Origin: Dendrobates tinctorius | Taxonomy: Eukaryota | Reading direction: 5' to 3' | DNA: 64,000 bases | Assembly: GCF_039654945.1 (NCBI RefSeq) | Contig: NW_027361825.1 | Location: 35,402,001 to 35,466,000, forward strand | Shown: one piece after another, positions 47,610 to 58,873 of the stretch | Position numbering within the stretch: the stretch's first letter is position 1 | Layout: each line of letters starts with the position of its first letter | Notes under the pieces: generated by a model | Databases searched by the model: none | The model's input: only the letters and a program-made list of their open reading frames with translations | What the model was told of the DNA's origin: nothing | Translations under genes and position numbers: made by a program

Positions 47610-50600
47610 TAAGACAAATTAAATGAAGATATTAATACCAAACAATTTGTGTTTGCAATCATTTTCAGGAAGAAACTGAGTATTATCTGACAGAATTGCA
47701 GGGGTGTCAATACTTTTGGCCACAACTGTAGATCCTGTGTTATCTACTGTATATAGAGGTGTTATCAGTCATTGTACAGGAGGAGAAGGTGAGCTGTGAT
47801 ATCACCTATTGTAAATGGTGGATCCTGTGTTACCTACTGTATATAGAGGTGTTATTAGTCATTGTACAGGAGGAGGTGAGCTGTAACATCACCTATTGTC
47901 AGTAGTGGATCCTGTGTTATCTACTGTGTATGGAGATGTTATTAGTCATTGTGCAGGAGGAGGTGAGCTGTGACATCACCTACTGTGAATGGTGGATCCT
48001 GTGTTATCTACTGTATATAGAGGTGTTATCAGTAATTGTACAGGAGGAGGTGAGCTGTGATATCACCTATTGTAAATGGTGGATCCTGTGTTATCTACTG
48101 TATATAGAGGTGTTATCTGTCATTGTACAGGAGGAGGTGAGCTGTGACGTCACCTATTGTCAATGGTGGATCCTGTGTTATCCACTATATAAGGAGGTGT
48201 TATCAGTCATTGTGCAGGAGGAGGAGGTGAGTTGTGACGTCACCTATTGTGAATGGTGTATCTTGTGTTATGTACTGTAAAGTGTAAAGTGCTGCGGAAT
48301 ATGTTGGCGCTATAAAAATAAAATTTATTATTATTATTGAGATGTTATCAGTTATTGTACATGAGGAGGAAGTGAGCTGTGACATCACCTATTGTGAATG
48401 GTGGATCCTGTATTATCTACTGTATATAGAGGTGTTATCAGTCATTGCACAGGAGGGAGGATGAGGAGGTGAGCTATGACCTCCTATTGTGATTGTTGTC
48501 TACTGTATATAGAGATGTTATGAATCATTGTACAGGAGAGGAAGGAGTTAAGCTGTGACATCATCTATTGTGAGTGGTGGATCCTGTGTTATCTACTGTA
48601 TATAGAGGTGTTTATCAGTTATTGTAGAGGAGGAGGAGGTGAGCTGTGACATCACCTATTGTGAATGGTGGATCCTGTGTTATCTACTGTATATAGAGGT
48701 GTTATCAGTCATTGCACAGGAGGGAGGATGAGGAGGTGAGCTTTGACATCCTATTGTGAATGGTGGGTCCTGTGTTATCAACTGTATATAGAGATGTTAT
48801 GAATCATTGTACAGCAGGAGGAGGTGAGCTGTGACATCACCTATTGTGAATAGTGGATCCTGTGTTATCTACTGTATATAGAGGTGTTATCAGTCATTGC
48901 ACAGGAGGGAGGATGATGAGGTGAGCTATGACATCCTATTGTGATTGGTGGATCCTGTGTTGTCTGCAGTATATAGAGATGTTATGAATCATTGTACAGG
49001 AGAGGAAGGAGTTAAGCTGTGCCGTCACCTATTGTGAATGGAGGATCCTGTGTTATCTACTGTATATAGAGGTGTTATCTGTCATTGTACAGGAGAAGGA
49101 AGAGGTGAGCTGAGACAACACCTATTGTGAATGGTGGATACTGTGTTACCTATTGTATATAGAGGACTTATTATCAGTCATTGTACAGGAAGAGGTGGGG
49201 GTGAGCTGTGACATATCCTATTGTTAAAAAAGGTAATAGTTTTTGGAAGGTGGGTATGAAAAAATGGAAATGTGGGGAAGTTTAAGACACTGAAAAGGCA
49301 ACTCATCATGAACCCAAGTGACTTCTCTGGTCTCTGCAGCCCTGGGATTAGATAACCACTCCTACATCAGGAAGCCACAGCTGCACAGGCCCCTCCTGGC
49401 CATGTCCTGCCCTGCCCCCAGTTCGGCCCCCTGTACACTAGGCCTGTCTGGGCAGATGCTGTGTATTGCACAGATGACCGGGGAGGAGGACGCTGCCTGC
49501 TGAGCTCTGGGTAGGTTTCACTGCTACTTTGCCTGAGTTGTATGGCTACAAGGAGGGATCCCTATCGTCCTGCACCCCTCCTCTGTGAGACATGCTGCCA
49601 CTCGTCTCCTAATATCCTTCTGATTCACCCTTTTCTGAGCCACAGTCCTTGTATCCGGACCCTGAGTTCTCTATGTGAGATATAAACCCCAGCGATATCT
49701 AGTGATGTCCGTCATACAGTGCAGTAATCGCACCGCGACACCCAATAAAAGGACGCCGTATAGAAAAGTGATGCACGTCCAAAGGTTCTCACTGCAGTTA
49801 TTGCGGCACATTATGTTGTGGTGAACGTATATTGTAGTATTTATATGTAATGGGGTAAAAAATGAGTCTCTGCTTTTATTGCGCTTTTTTTTTTTTTTAA
49901 ATTAAACTCAATGATCGAAACAAAAAAAACAAAAAATTTTTTTTTTAAAAGTTGGATTGTTTTCCATAATGTTACAGGGTTATTACAAAAATCCTTGCAA
50001 AGTTCTTGCAAAAACAATCAACTTTGCAATTTATTCAATATTAAAAATGATCTCCAATCTTAAAAAACAAAGCTATTTTTAACTGTTGTTTGCTGATCCA
50101 GGTTACCCGCCACCACTGCAGTCTATCAGCAGCGGCCGGTCTCCTAGGCAATGAGCGCAGCTCTTACAAGCTATTTTTACCAGTTTGCGAGTGCTGCTCT
50201 GACGCTACACCGAGTTCCAGCACTGCTTTTCTCCTCCGATGCTGCATGGGAGATTGCATAGTGACCGCTCGAACCAGCGGCATAATCGAGCTACTGATCC
50301 AATCAATCGGAAAGTCGTGAGGTAGAGCAGTGGTGTGCTCCTGAAAATCAATCATGGAACATCCCATTAAGACCTCGGGTCCTCCCTTTTTTGCATTTTG
50401 TTTTTTAAGCATTTTTATTTTTCCATCAACTTCATTCTGGCTTTTGCAACATTTGTATTTTTATAATTCTTTTCCACTTCTTGTCATTTTTAAGTTTCTC
50501 GCCGTATACTCAGAAGCACTTGCTCGGACGACCGCTCCTGTGTTCTCTTTTGAAAAGCCGCTGGCGGATCATCTTCGGAATTTGGACATGTCCCTGTACA

Positions 50601-50839
50601 CATGAGAGCGTCGTCTGCACCCGTTAATATCGGCCAAAGTTATTCTAATATATATGGGGTCCTTTACATGCAACATTTTAAAGCTTAGTGATGTGGTCAA
50701 AAATGCACTGATATAGTAAAAGGAAAGACATTTTAATTCAAGCCAAATTATTCCTGCTCTATTTTACCAGTGCAAAAAAAGGTAGATTAAAAATATTATT
50801 AAAAAAACCAAAACCTGCTGATGAAGAATAGTGGCGTAA

Positions 50840-51043
50840 GGCTGGGATGACACTACCATGTGTGATGCGAGAAACTCGCACGATTCTCTTGCATCAACAC
50901 CCGGCACTCAGGACCGGAGCTGCGGCTTCATAGAAAGACATGTAGCCGCAGCTCCGGTCCTGAGTGCCGGCGGCAGCGCTGGGTATTAATGCGAGAGATT
51001 CGTGCGAGTTTATTGCATCACACATGGTATTGTGATCCCGGCC
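50840..51043. mobile_element. Short Harbinger-type MITE
   Basis: GGCTGGGATGACACTACCATGTGTGATGC / GCATCACACATGGTATTGTGATCCCGGCC; TAA TSD. Confidence 0.85.
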
Positions 51044-52259
51044 TAAGTCCCATTATCATTGGATATTTGTCTTGATCTGTAAGTTGCTGTTGATTCCATA
51101 TTGCAAAAGTGCAGTGAATGTGTGATTGTCTGGTCTCCATTTAATATGTTAAAAAAAGCCATCTATTGTTTCCTGTTATCAGCTGAACAATTGAAATGTT
51201 CTTCAGTATTATAGTAAAGAAAACCCACCCTGCTCCATAGTTACTGCATAGTTACTTCTCCAGTTCTCACCATCCCCCCTGATAATGACAAATAATAGCA
51301 GTTATTAGCAGCCGGGAGGTTTCACAATACAATACAATGTGCTGGAGGGATTACGACATGTCAGCGCGGCTTGTGCTTCCTTGGTAAACAATGTGAAGTC
51401 TGCCTTGCTATGTACTCCTGCATTTCATGTACTTATGTCTGGACGGCCCTTGGGAAGGTGACGTGTCCTCGGATCTTCATGGTGAAAAAAACAAGCAGGA
51501 AAAATAGGGACCAGCTCCCCATAATATCCGATGAGAATAAGAAGACCATACAGCAATAATAATAAGAGTACCGTGTTCTGTTAGTATAGCTGTGGCCAGG
51601 CTTTCCTTCACCCAGGATAGAGGGTTAAATGTGTTGCCCTCCCCATATATCCAAGTACTCCAGCCCTGAATAATCATCACTGACATCCAGCACCCAAATG
51701 TCTCGTTTGTCCCCTCTACTATTAGACTGTATTCAGAAAGAAGACCTAATTTTCTGACGTTTTTTAGACTCCCTTTAGAAAATATTAGTAACCACCCTGA
51801 GGTCCGACGCCACCGATCACTGGCTCAGCCAGTGATTGGCTGCAGCATGTCCCTATGTCGGGACGTCACCGTCGAAATGGAAATAGTATTTATTTTTTCT
51901 ATACCAATTTTTTATTTTTTTGGGGGGAATAGTTGAGGGGTTAATAAGTTATAGATATGTGTATATAGTGTAGCGATTCTACTCGCTCAGGTGCGGCGGG
52001 AGACAGTCAGGAGGCAGGTTTCTTTAAAGTTCATGTGGTTTATTACCTTCAGGTAGCAAGTAACCTAGCAAGTAGCCTTCAGTTGAGACAAAAACAAGCC
52101 AAAACGTCCGTTAACTCAGGCTCAGACCTGGAGTTTCAGTACACACGGGGGGCTTAGACCTCCCCACCTACAGCCCCTGGTTCAGGAGCAGACCACATTA
52201 TAAGGGTGTAGCCACACCCATGAACCCAGCAGCTGACTGCTCGCAATATCTATTATGCC

Positions 52260-55200
52260 TTACATTATGGAGACAAGCCATCTCTGAGACACGTATCTCC
52301 CGTCAATTACACAACCCGTTGCCACACCACATACCTCCCCCCTCTGCCTAAAGCCGTGTGGCTTGGCACTTTCACCTACCAGGCAAGGGATTCTTGAGAG
52401 GGCATCGGCATTCCCATGTGGCTTCCCGGCCCTATGCTCTACATGGAAGCTGAAGTGTTGTAGGGCTAAGACCCAGCGGGTGACCCTAGCATTCTTACCC
52501 TTTGTTTCCCTCATCCATCTGAGCGGGGCATGGTCGGATATTAATCTGAACTTCGGTCCCACCAGGTAGTATCGTAATGTATCCACTGCCCATTTTATGG
52601 CCAAACATTCCTTCTCTACAACTGAGTAATTTTTCTCACAAGAAGACAACTTCCTACTCAAGTAGAGAACAGGATGCTCCTCCCCACGTATCTCTTGGGA
52701 AAGGACTGCTCCTACCCCGACATCTGAGGCTTCTGTCTGGAGGACAAATTCACGTTTAAAGTCTAGGGCCACCAAAACGGGTTGCTTACATAAAGCTCCT
52801 GTCATTTCTTGGAAGACTGACTCCGCCTCTTTGGACCAACTGATCATCACTGACTTTGTCCCCTTATGCAGATCAGTTAGAGGTGCAGCCATAGTGGCGA
52901 AGTTTGGGATGAACCTCCTGTAATATCCCACGATCCCCAGGAAGACTTTAACTTGCTTCTTTGACAGAGGCCTCGGCCTTGTTTGAATTGCCTCCACTTT
53001 ATTGATTTGGGGTTTGATCTCGCCACGCCCAACTACATATCCGAGGTACTTGGCTTCTTCTCTACCCAAGACACACTTCTTCGGATTTATTGTAAACCCC
53101 GCCTCTCTTAGCACATCAAACACTGCTTGAACCTTTTCCAGGTGAGTCTCCCAGTCCGGGGTAAAGATGACAATATCATCCAGGTACGCGGCAGTGTATA
53201 GCTTATGAGGCGCGAGGATTCTATCCATAGCCCTCTGGAAGGTTGCCGGAGGTCCCTGCAGGCCATACAGCATCCGGACATACTGGAAGCACCCGTCTGG
53301 TGTGGAAAACGCTGTCTTCTCCTTGGCTTCCAGATCCAAGGTGGTTATATATATGGCAGGTCCAAGTCTCTCGATGAGCTCATCAACGCGTGGCATGGGA
53401 TAAGCATCGAACTTGGAGACCTCATTCAGCTTCCGGTAAACGTTGCAGAACCTCCATTCACCATCCGGTTTTTGGACCAGGACAATCGGGCTCGACCAGC
53501 CGCTCTTGGATTCCTCAATGACCCCGAGCTTCAACATACGCTGGACTTCCTTGGAGATTACCTCTCGACCGGCCTCAGGAATTCGATAAGGCTACACGTT
53601 CACCCGCACATGGGGCTCGGTCAGAACTTCGTGCTCCACAACCTTCGTGCACCCCGGCAACTCTGAAAACAGGTCCCTGTTTTTCTGGAGTAACTCCCGG
53701 CACTGCTGTTTCTGGGCCTTCGATAGTGTCTCCGCTATGGTAACTGCTCCAACCTCCCCTGCTAGGTTGCCCAGCAGGCGCGGAGTTACCGCTGGCTCTC
53801 TATCTTGCCACGGCTTGATGAGGTTGACATGGTAAACCTGGTATGGCTTCCGTCTTCCGAGTTGATGGATCTTGTAGTTTACGTCTCCAAGCTTCTCCAC
53901 CATCTCATACGGCCCTTGCCACTTGTCCAAGAACTTACTTTTCACCGTCGGGATTAACACGAGAACTCGTTCTCCCGGATTGAACTGCCTCACTCTTGCT
54001 GACCGGTTGTAGACCCTGGCCTGAGCCTCTTGTGCCTGGCGGAGATGTTCTTTAACAATGGGCATCACCTTCGCAACCCTCTGTTGCATCAGTGCCACAT
54101 GCTCAATAACTCTTCTATGGGGCGTGACTTCAGCTTCCCAGGTTTCCTTGGCTATATCTAGGAGACCTCGCGGATATCGGCCGTACAGGAGCTCGAAGGG
54201 CGAGAACCCTGTGGGGGACTTCACGGATAGAAAACAGCAGATACGGTAAGATACAATCCCAGTCTCTACCATCTTTCTCTATGACTTTTCTTAGCATGTT
54301 CTTCAGTGTCTTGTTAAACCACTCAACAATCTGACTGCGGATGGTACACTGAAGTCCTCAGCTGGGAGATTTGCAGGACTCTGCACAATTCCCTCATCAC
54401 CTTGCTCGTAAAAGGTGTCCCCTGGTCAGTCAGGATCTCCTTCGGCAGACCCGTCCGGGAAAACACATGGACCAGCTCGCGGGCTATACTCTTCGCGGAG
54501 GAGTTTCTTGGGGGAATTGCCTCAGGATAGTGCGTGGCATAGTCCAGGATGATTAATATATACTGATGGCCCCGAGCTGATTTAACTAAGGGACCGACCA
54601 AGTCCATGGCAATTCTCTCAAATGGCACCTCAATAATGGGCAGTGGCACAAGGGGGTTCCGAAAATGAGATGTGGGGGCAGTTAACCGACATGTCGGGCA
54701 GGACCTGCAATAGTTAGCTATTTTTCTGGTGACGCCCAGGCCAATACAATCCGTTCCTGCGTTTGTTCACCCCCAGGTGTCCCCCCAAGATGTGTGAATG
54801 GGCCATGTCCAACACTTTCCGTCTATAGGGGCCTGGTACTATTAACTGCTCCACCACCTCTCCCTTATTTTCGTGACCCGGTATAACAAGTCCCCACTCA
54901 ACATAAAATAGGGAAACCTTGTGTCTGCTTCCTGCTCTTGTGCAACCCCATTAATGACGGTGACATTGTTGAAGGCCTCCCACAGCATGGGGTCCCTATG
55001 TTGGGCTGTCCCAAAATTCTCACCGGCCACCCCTAACTCCGGAATGTCAGATACAGGGGGCCCTTCCTCCTCATCCCCAACAAGGACACATAAAGGAAAC
55101 CTGTCTTCCTCTGATGGTGGTGATACCTTATTAAGGTTCATGGGTTCCCTGCTCTTGTTAGCAATCTCAGAACCCTTACCCCACAGATCCCAAAACAGAC

Positions 55201-55870
55201 AGAAATCCCGGCCTATAATTATCGGATGCAACAAGTCCCGAACGACTGCAAATAAATATACCAGCAAGGGTCCTTAATTAAATACCCATTTTATATGGCG
55301 ACTCAAATATAACAATGCGAGCAAGGAGAAACAATGAGTATATGTTGCCAAAGTTGTATCAAAAAATTATGTAATTTATTAATTAACAGAATATTATACA
55401 AAAATGCATAAAATACCTATCACACAAGTTACATGGGTTTATTTTCAATCTTGTAACTAAATCCATAGGTTAGAGATGACCAAAGGGTACAAGACAGGGT
55501 AAAATTATGACACATGCAAGTGAATAATATCGTTGCATACGGATTCCATATCCTTCCAAAATGGAAAAACATGTGCCAACCAATACAGTGAAACAAAGTG
55601 GATTGAAAATTCCAGTGCTGTGACTACTGCATATCCACCAAACACTATACCGCTTCATGTACATAATATAAAAATGTGAGAGATAAAGTTTATAAGAGGT
55701 AATTTTACCCATAAGTGTTCAGAAGTCCCGTCCTGACCCAGGTCACATACCCCATGCACCGAACGCCAACCCTATTCCCCGGGAGTAGGTTGAGAGGAAA
55801 ATTGGCCCTTACAAGGGTCATCAAGCTCCCGGAGTCAGGAAGCGTCATTGCTGCTCGACCGTTCACCTTT
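52260..55870 (-). pseudogene. pol pseudogene in PR-INT-RT-RNaseH order
   Basis: PR (L/P)DSGS ~55820; INT PFERIAMDLVGP, ILTDQGTPF, TSVYHPQSD, SPFELLYG (53800-54650); RT WSSPIVLV...AAYLDDIVIF and RNaseH ASDVGVGAVLSQ...EKECLA...SDH (52260-53537); several frameshifts. Confidence 0.92.
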
Positions 55871-55977
55871 ATGGGACAGGATTGTGGCCCCTCGTTAGGT
55901 GGCGAGTTCACACTGCGAGCTGGATATGCATAGTATGAACTATGGCATCCCATGCTGCAGTCCATCTGCTCAGAGGT

Positions 55978-56880
55978 CTAGGCACAACGGGCAGCTATAT
56001 GTCCTGGCCCGTGGCACTTCCAGCAAATAATATCACCCGTGGGGACCTTGGGCACCGCCTCCCCCGCCCCTTTTGACCTTGGACGCGCCACCCCTTTTTG
56101 GGACTCCACCCCCTGCTGGGACCCCCTATACGGAATGGGCTGCTTCCCCAAGGAACCTTCCATCCCCTGGTATCTCTCGACCAGCCCAACCAGTTCATCG
56201 GCATTTTGGGGATCACCCTGGGCAACCCAAGTCTGTAGGGGTCTCAGCAGAGAATGCACAAACCGATCCATCACTACTCGCTCTACCATCTGTGCCGGGG
56301 AAGACGACTCTGGCTGCAGCCATTTCTGGACCAGGTGCAACAGGTCGAACATTTGGGAGCACGGCGGTTTGTCCCGGTGATAGGCTCAGCGAAGAACTCG
56401 CTGTGCCCTGGTAGTCATTATCACCCCCAAACGTGCGAGAATTTCCGCTTTTAGTTTGGGATACTCCTTGGCGTCTTGTACAGTTAAGTCATAGTACGCC
56501 TTCTGGGGCTCCCCCGTCAGGTATGGGGCCAGTACCTCTGCCCACTGTTCTGGCTGAAGTTTTTCCCTCTCAGCCACCCTCTCAAACACCGTCAGGAAGG
56601 CCTCAACATCATCCTCAGGGGTCAGTTTTTGTAATGCGCATCTTACCGCCTTCCCAACGGGGTTGGCATCAGCCAGACCTGGGTTTGGGGGGCTCATCCT
56701 GCCCTCCTGGATGACGGTTGCCAGAAGCTGCATCTGCTGCTGTTGCTCCTGCAGGCTCTGCTGCCGTTGCTCCTGCTGGCTCTGCTGGAACTGCTGCAGT
56801 TGCTCCTGCTGGCTCTGCTGGAACTGCTGTACTAACAGCCTGTTGGGCTCCTGTTACTGTGCCTGGATAGCCTTCAGCTG
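55978..56880 (-). pseudogene. gag pseudogene with SCAN-like capsid region and CCHC knuckle
   Basis: DDVEAFLTVFERVA...LTGEPQKAY; LVQKWLQPE...VERVVMDRFVHSL...TWV...P..ADE (SCAN-like); CWKCHGPGHIAARC. Confidence 0.88.
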
Positions 56881-58846
56881 AGACAAAAACAAGCCAAAAC
56901 GTCCGTTAACTCAGGCTCAGACCTGGAGCTTCAGAACACACGAAAGGCTTAGACCTCCCCACCTACAGCCACTGGTTCAGGAGCAGGCCACATTATAAGG
57001 GTGTAGCCAAACCCACAAACCCAGCAGCTGACTGGTCACGTGACTGTGACCTCACCACAGGTCCTTGCAATAAAGCAATATCTATTATGCCTTACATTAT
57101 GGAGACAAGCCATCTCTGAGACACATATATTTCCCGTCAGTTACACAACCCTTTGCCACGCCACAATAGTTTCTGTAGAGGAAGGGTAGAATAAGATCCT
57201 ACAGCCACATGTAGCAGCCAGGCTGTGCAATCCCAACCGTATGCTGCTTACACATATCCAACATTCGCGCTATGAGCGTTAACCACAATGTCAAGTTGGC
57301 CAGTGGCCTTGTTACCATAGGAATATATTAGGGTGTTGCGTTCTGGTCCGGAGATCCTCGTTTGGTCCAGACATCGCAGTCCGTACTCGGGCCTTGAATG
57401 TCGGAAGTGGGAAACCAACCTAAGGTGTATTTACACAAGTCATTTTTGCTACCCATTATCCAGTACTGGCGTATAGAGATGGCTGAGTTGCTCTCGGTAG
57501 AGTTCAAGGGTTTGTCCGGTAAAAAAACAAAACGGGGTAGGTGATAACTTACTGATCGGTGTAGGTCCAAGTGCTGCAACTTGCCCCGATCAAAAAAAGA
57601 TAATTGAATTTCCCATGTCAGATCTCACCCTGTGATTTATTTAGGGCAGTCCTGCTCATGGCGCTACATTATCCTTGCCCTACATGAAACCTGTCAAACA
57701 CCTCACCCGTGTGAATCACAGCTCTGCAATGTAGGTCAGTACACTGCTGCTCAGCCTCGCATTATGGAACCCAAATAAGCAGCCAGCAAATTTAGAAGTC
57801 AAATGCTCCTGTATCCCCAATCGTCACTAGTAATGTCAGCTTTTATTGTAAATGGTGGGGTGGCACTTTTCCCCGATATTTGGTGAGAAAGGGATTGGGC
57901 AGTTGCATTTCAATACGCCCAATCCCTTTGTTCTTAGAGAAGCCGACATCAGAGGTGTCTGGTAGCAGGTTATGTCCGTTTCTCTGGACAGAACACGTGT
58001 GGTGCCTATACTCCTTCCATAGCTGTCGGGCTGTGCCCTTTTCTTCTGAACCACCTTCTACTATTTGCATTCCTGCTTGGTTTGGTCAAGCCTGTATGTG
58101 TCCTCATTGGGGAGAGGTAATTAAGAAGCTGCTAGTCTTCTCTGATGGGAGCTTGTCTCCAGGGAGGAAAAGAAAAGGATCACACGTCCATCATTTATAT
58201 GGTCACAGGTCTCTTAACCTGATCGCCAAAGACTCTTACATACCACTCAGCCTTGACCAAAGTATTTTAATAATGGTTTTGGGCGGCTCACTGAATGTTT
58301 TCCTTTTTGTGACTTTTTTTTTTTTTTTTAAATAAATCTTCTTAATTTGAATGCAGCCTGTCTTCTGTGGCACGTGACTGCTGTCGTCGTCAAAAAAGTT
58401 GCCGAACATTAGATTTCCAATCTAGCTGAATGTTCCTGAATAGTTGGAAGATCAGCAAAAAACCCTCGCATTTTGTGAATCATGGTGACTAGTCACATGC
58501 TGGGCTCTTCTGTCTAAAACTCGATTACACAGCCTGGCCTTCAGAAACTTCTGCAATCTGTGGGGTTGTACCTAAAGCCATCTCTGAAAACAAGGAGCAC
58601 ATCAGGAGGAACAGTTGTGGTCAGGAATTGCCGAAATTAGTGACCACACATTTGGCTGATATTAAATATTAGATGACCTATTACTAAGCCAAATACTCAT
58701 CACACCGCATGTCCTTGACCCGGATCCTTTAGCTGGACTGAATGCTTGAGTAATGTGAAATTCTGAACAGTTTGTGATCAAATAGTAATTCTTGCCTCCT
58801 TTTTTCTTGATCAGAACTTTTGTGACTTTAGAGAACCGGGTCAACA

Positions 58847-58873
58847 ATGAAACCAAAACTTGTCTACAAACCA
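58847..58873 (+). CDS. PLD3: PLD3 start exon (27 nt coding; exon starts ~58815)
   Basis: MKPKLVYKP then GTGAGT; human has MKPKLMYQE. Confidence 0.9.

Larger units (their letters stand above)
51969..57165 (-). mobile_element. Gmr1-like Ty3/Gypsy LTR retrotransposon (degenerate)
   Basis: TG...CA ends with 4-bp TSD ATAG (51965-51968, 57166-57169); 3' LTR 51969-52331, truncated 5' LTR ~56868-57165; PPT AGAGGGGGGAGGTA next to the 3' LTR. Confidence 0.93.

Noticed and set aside
55978-56733. Host ZSCAN/SCAND gene
   Set aside because: The SCAN-like region is part of gag between LTRs; no C2H2 array
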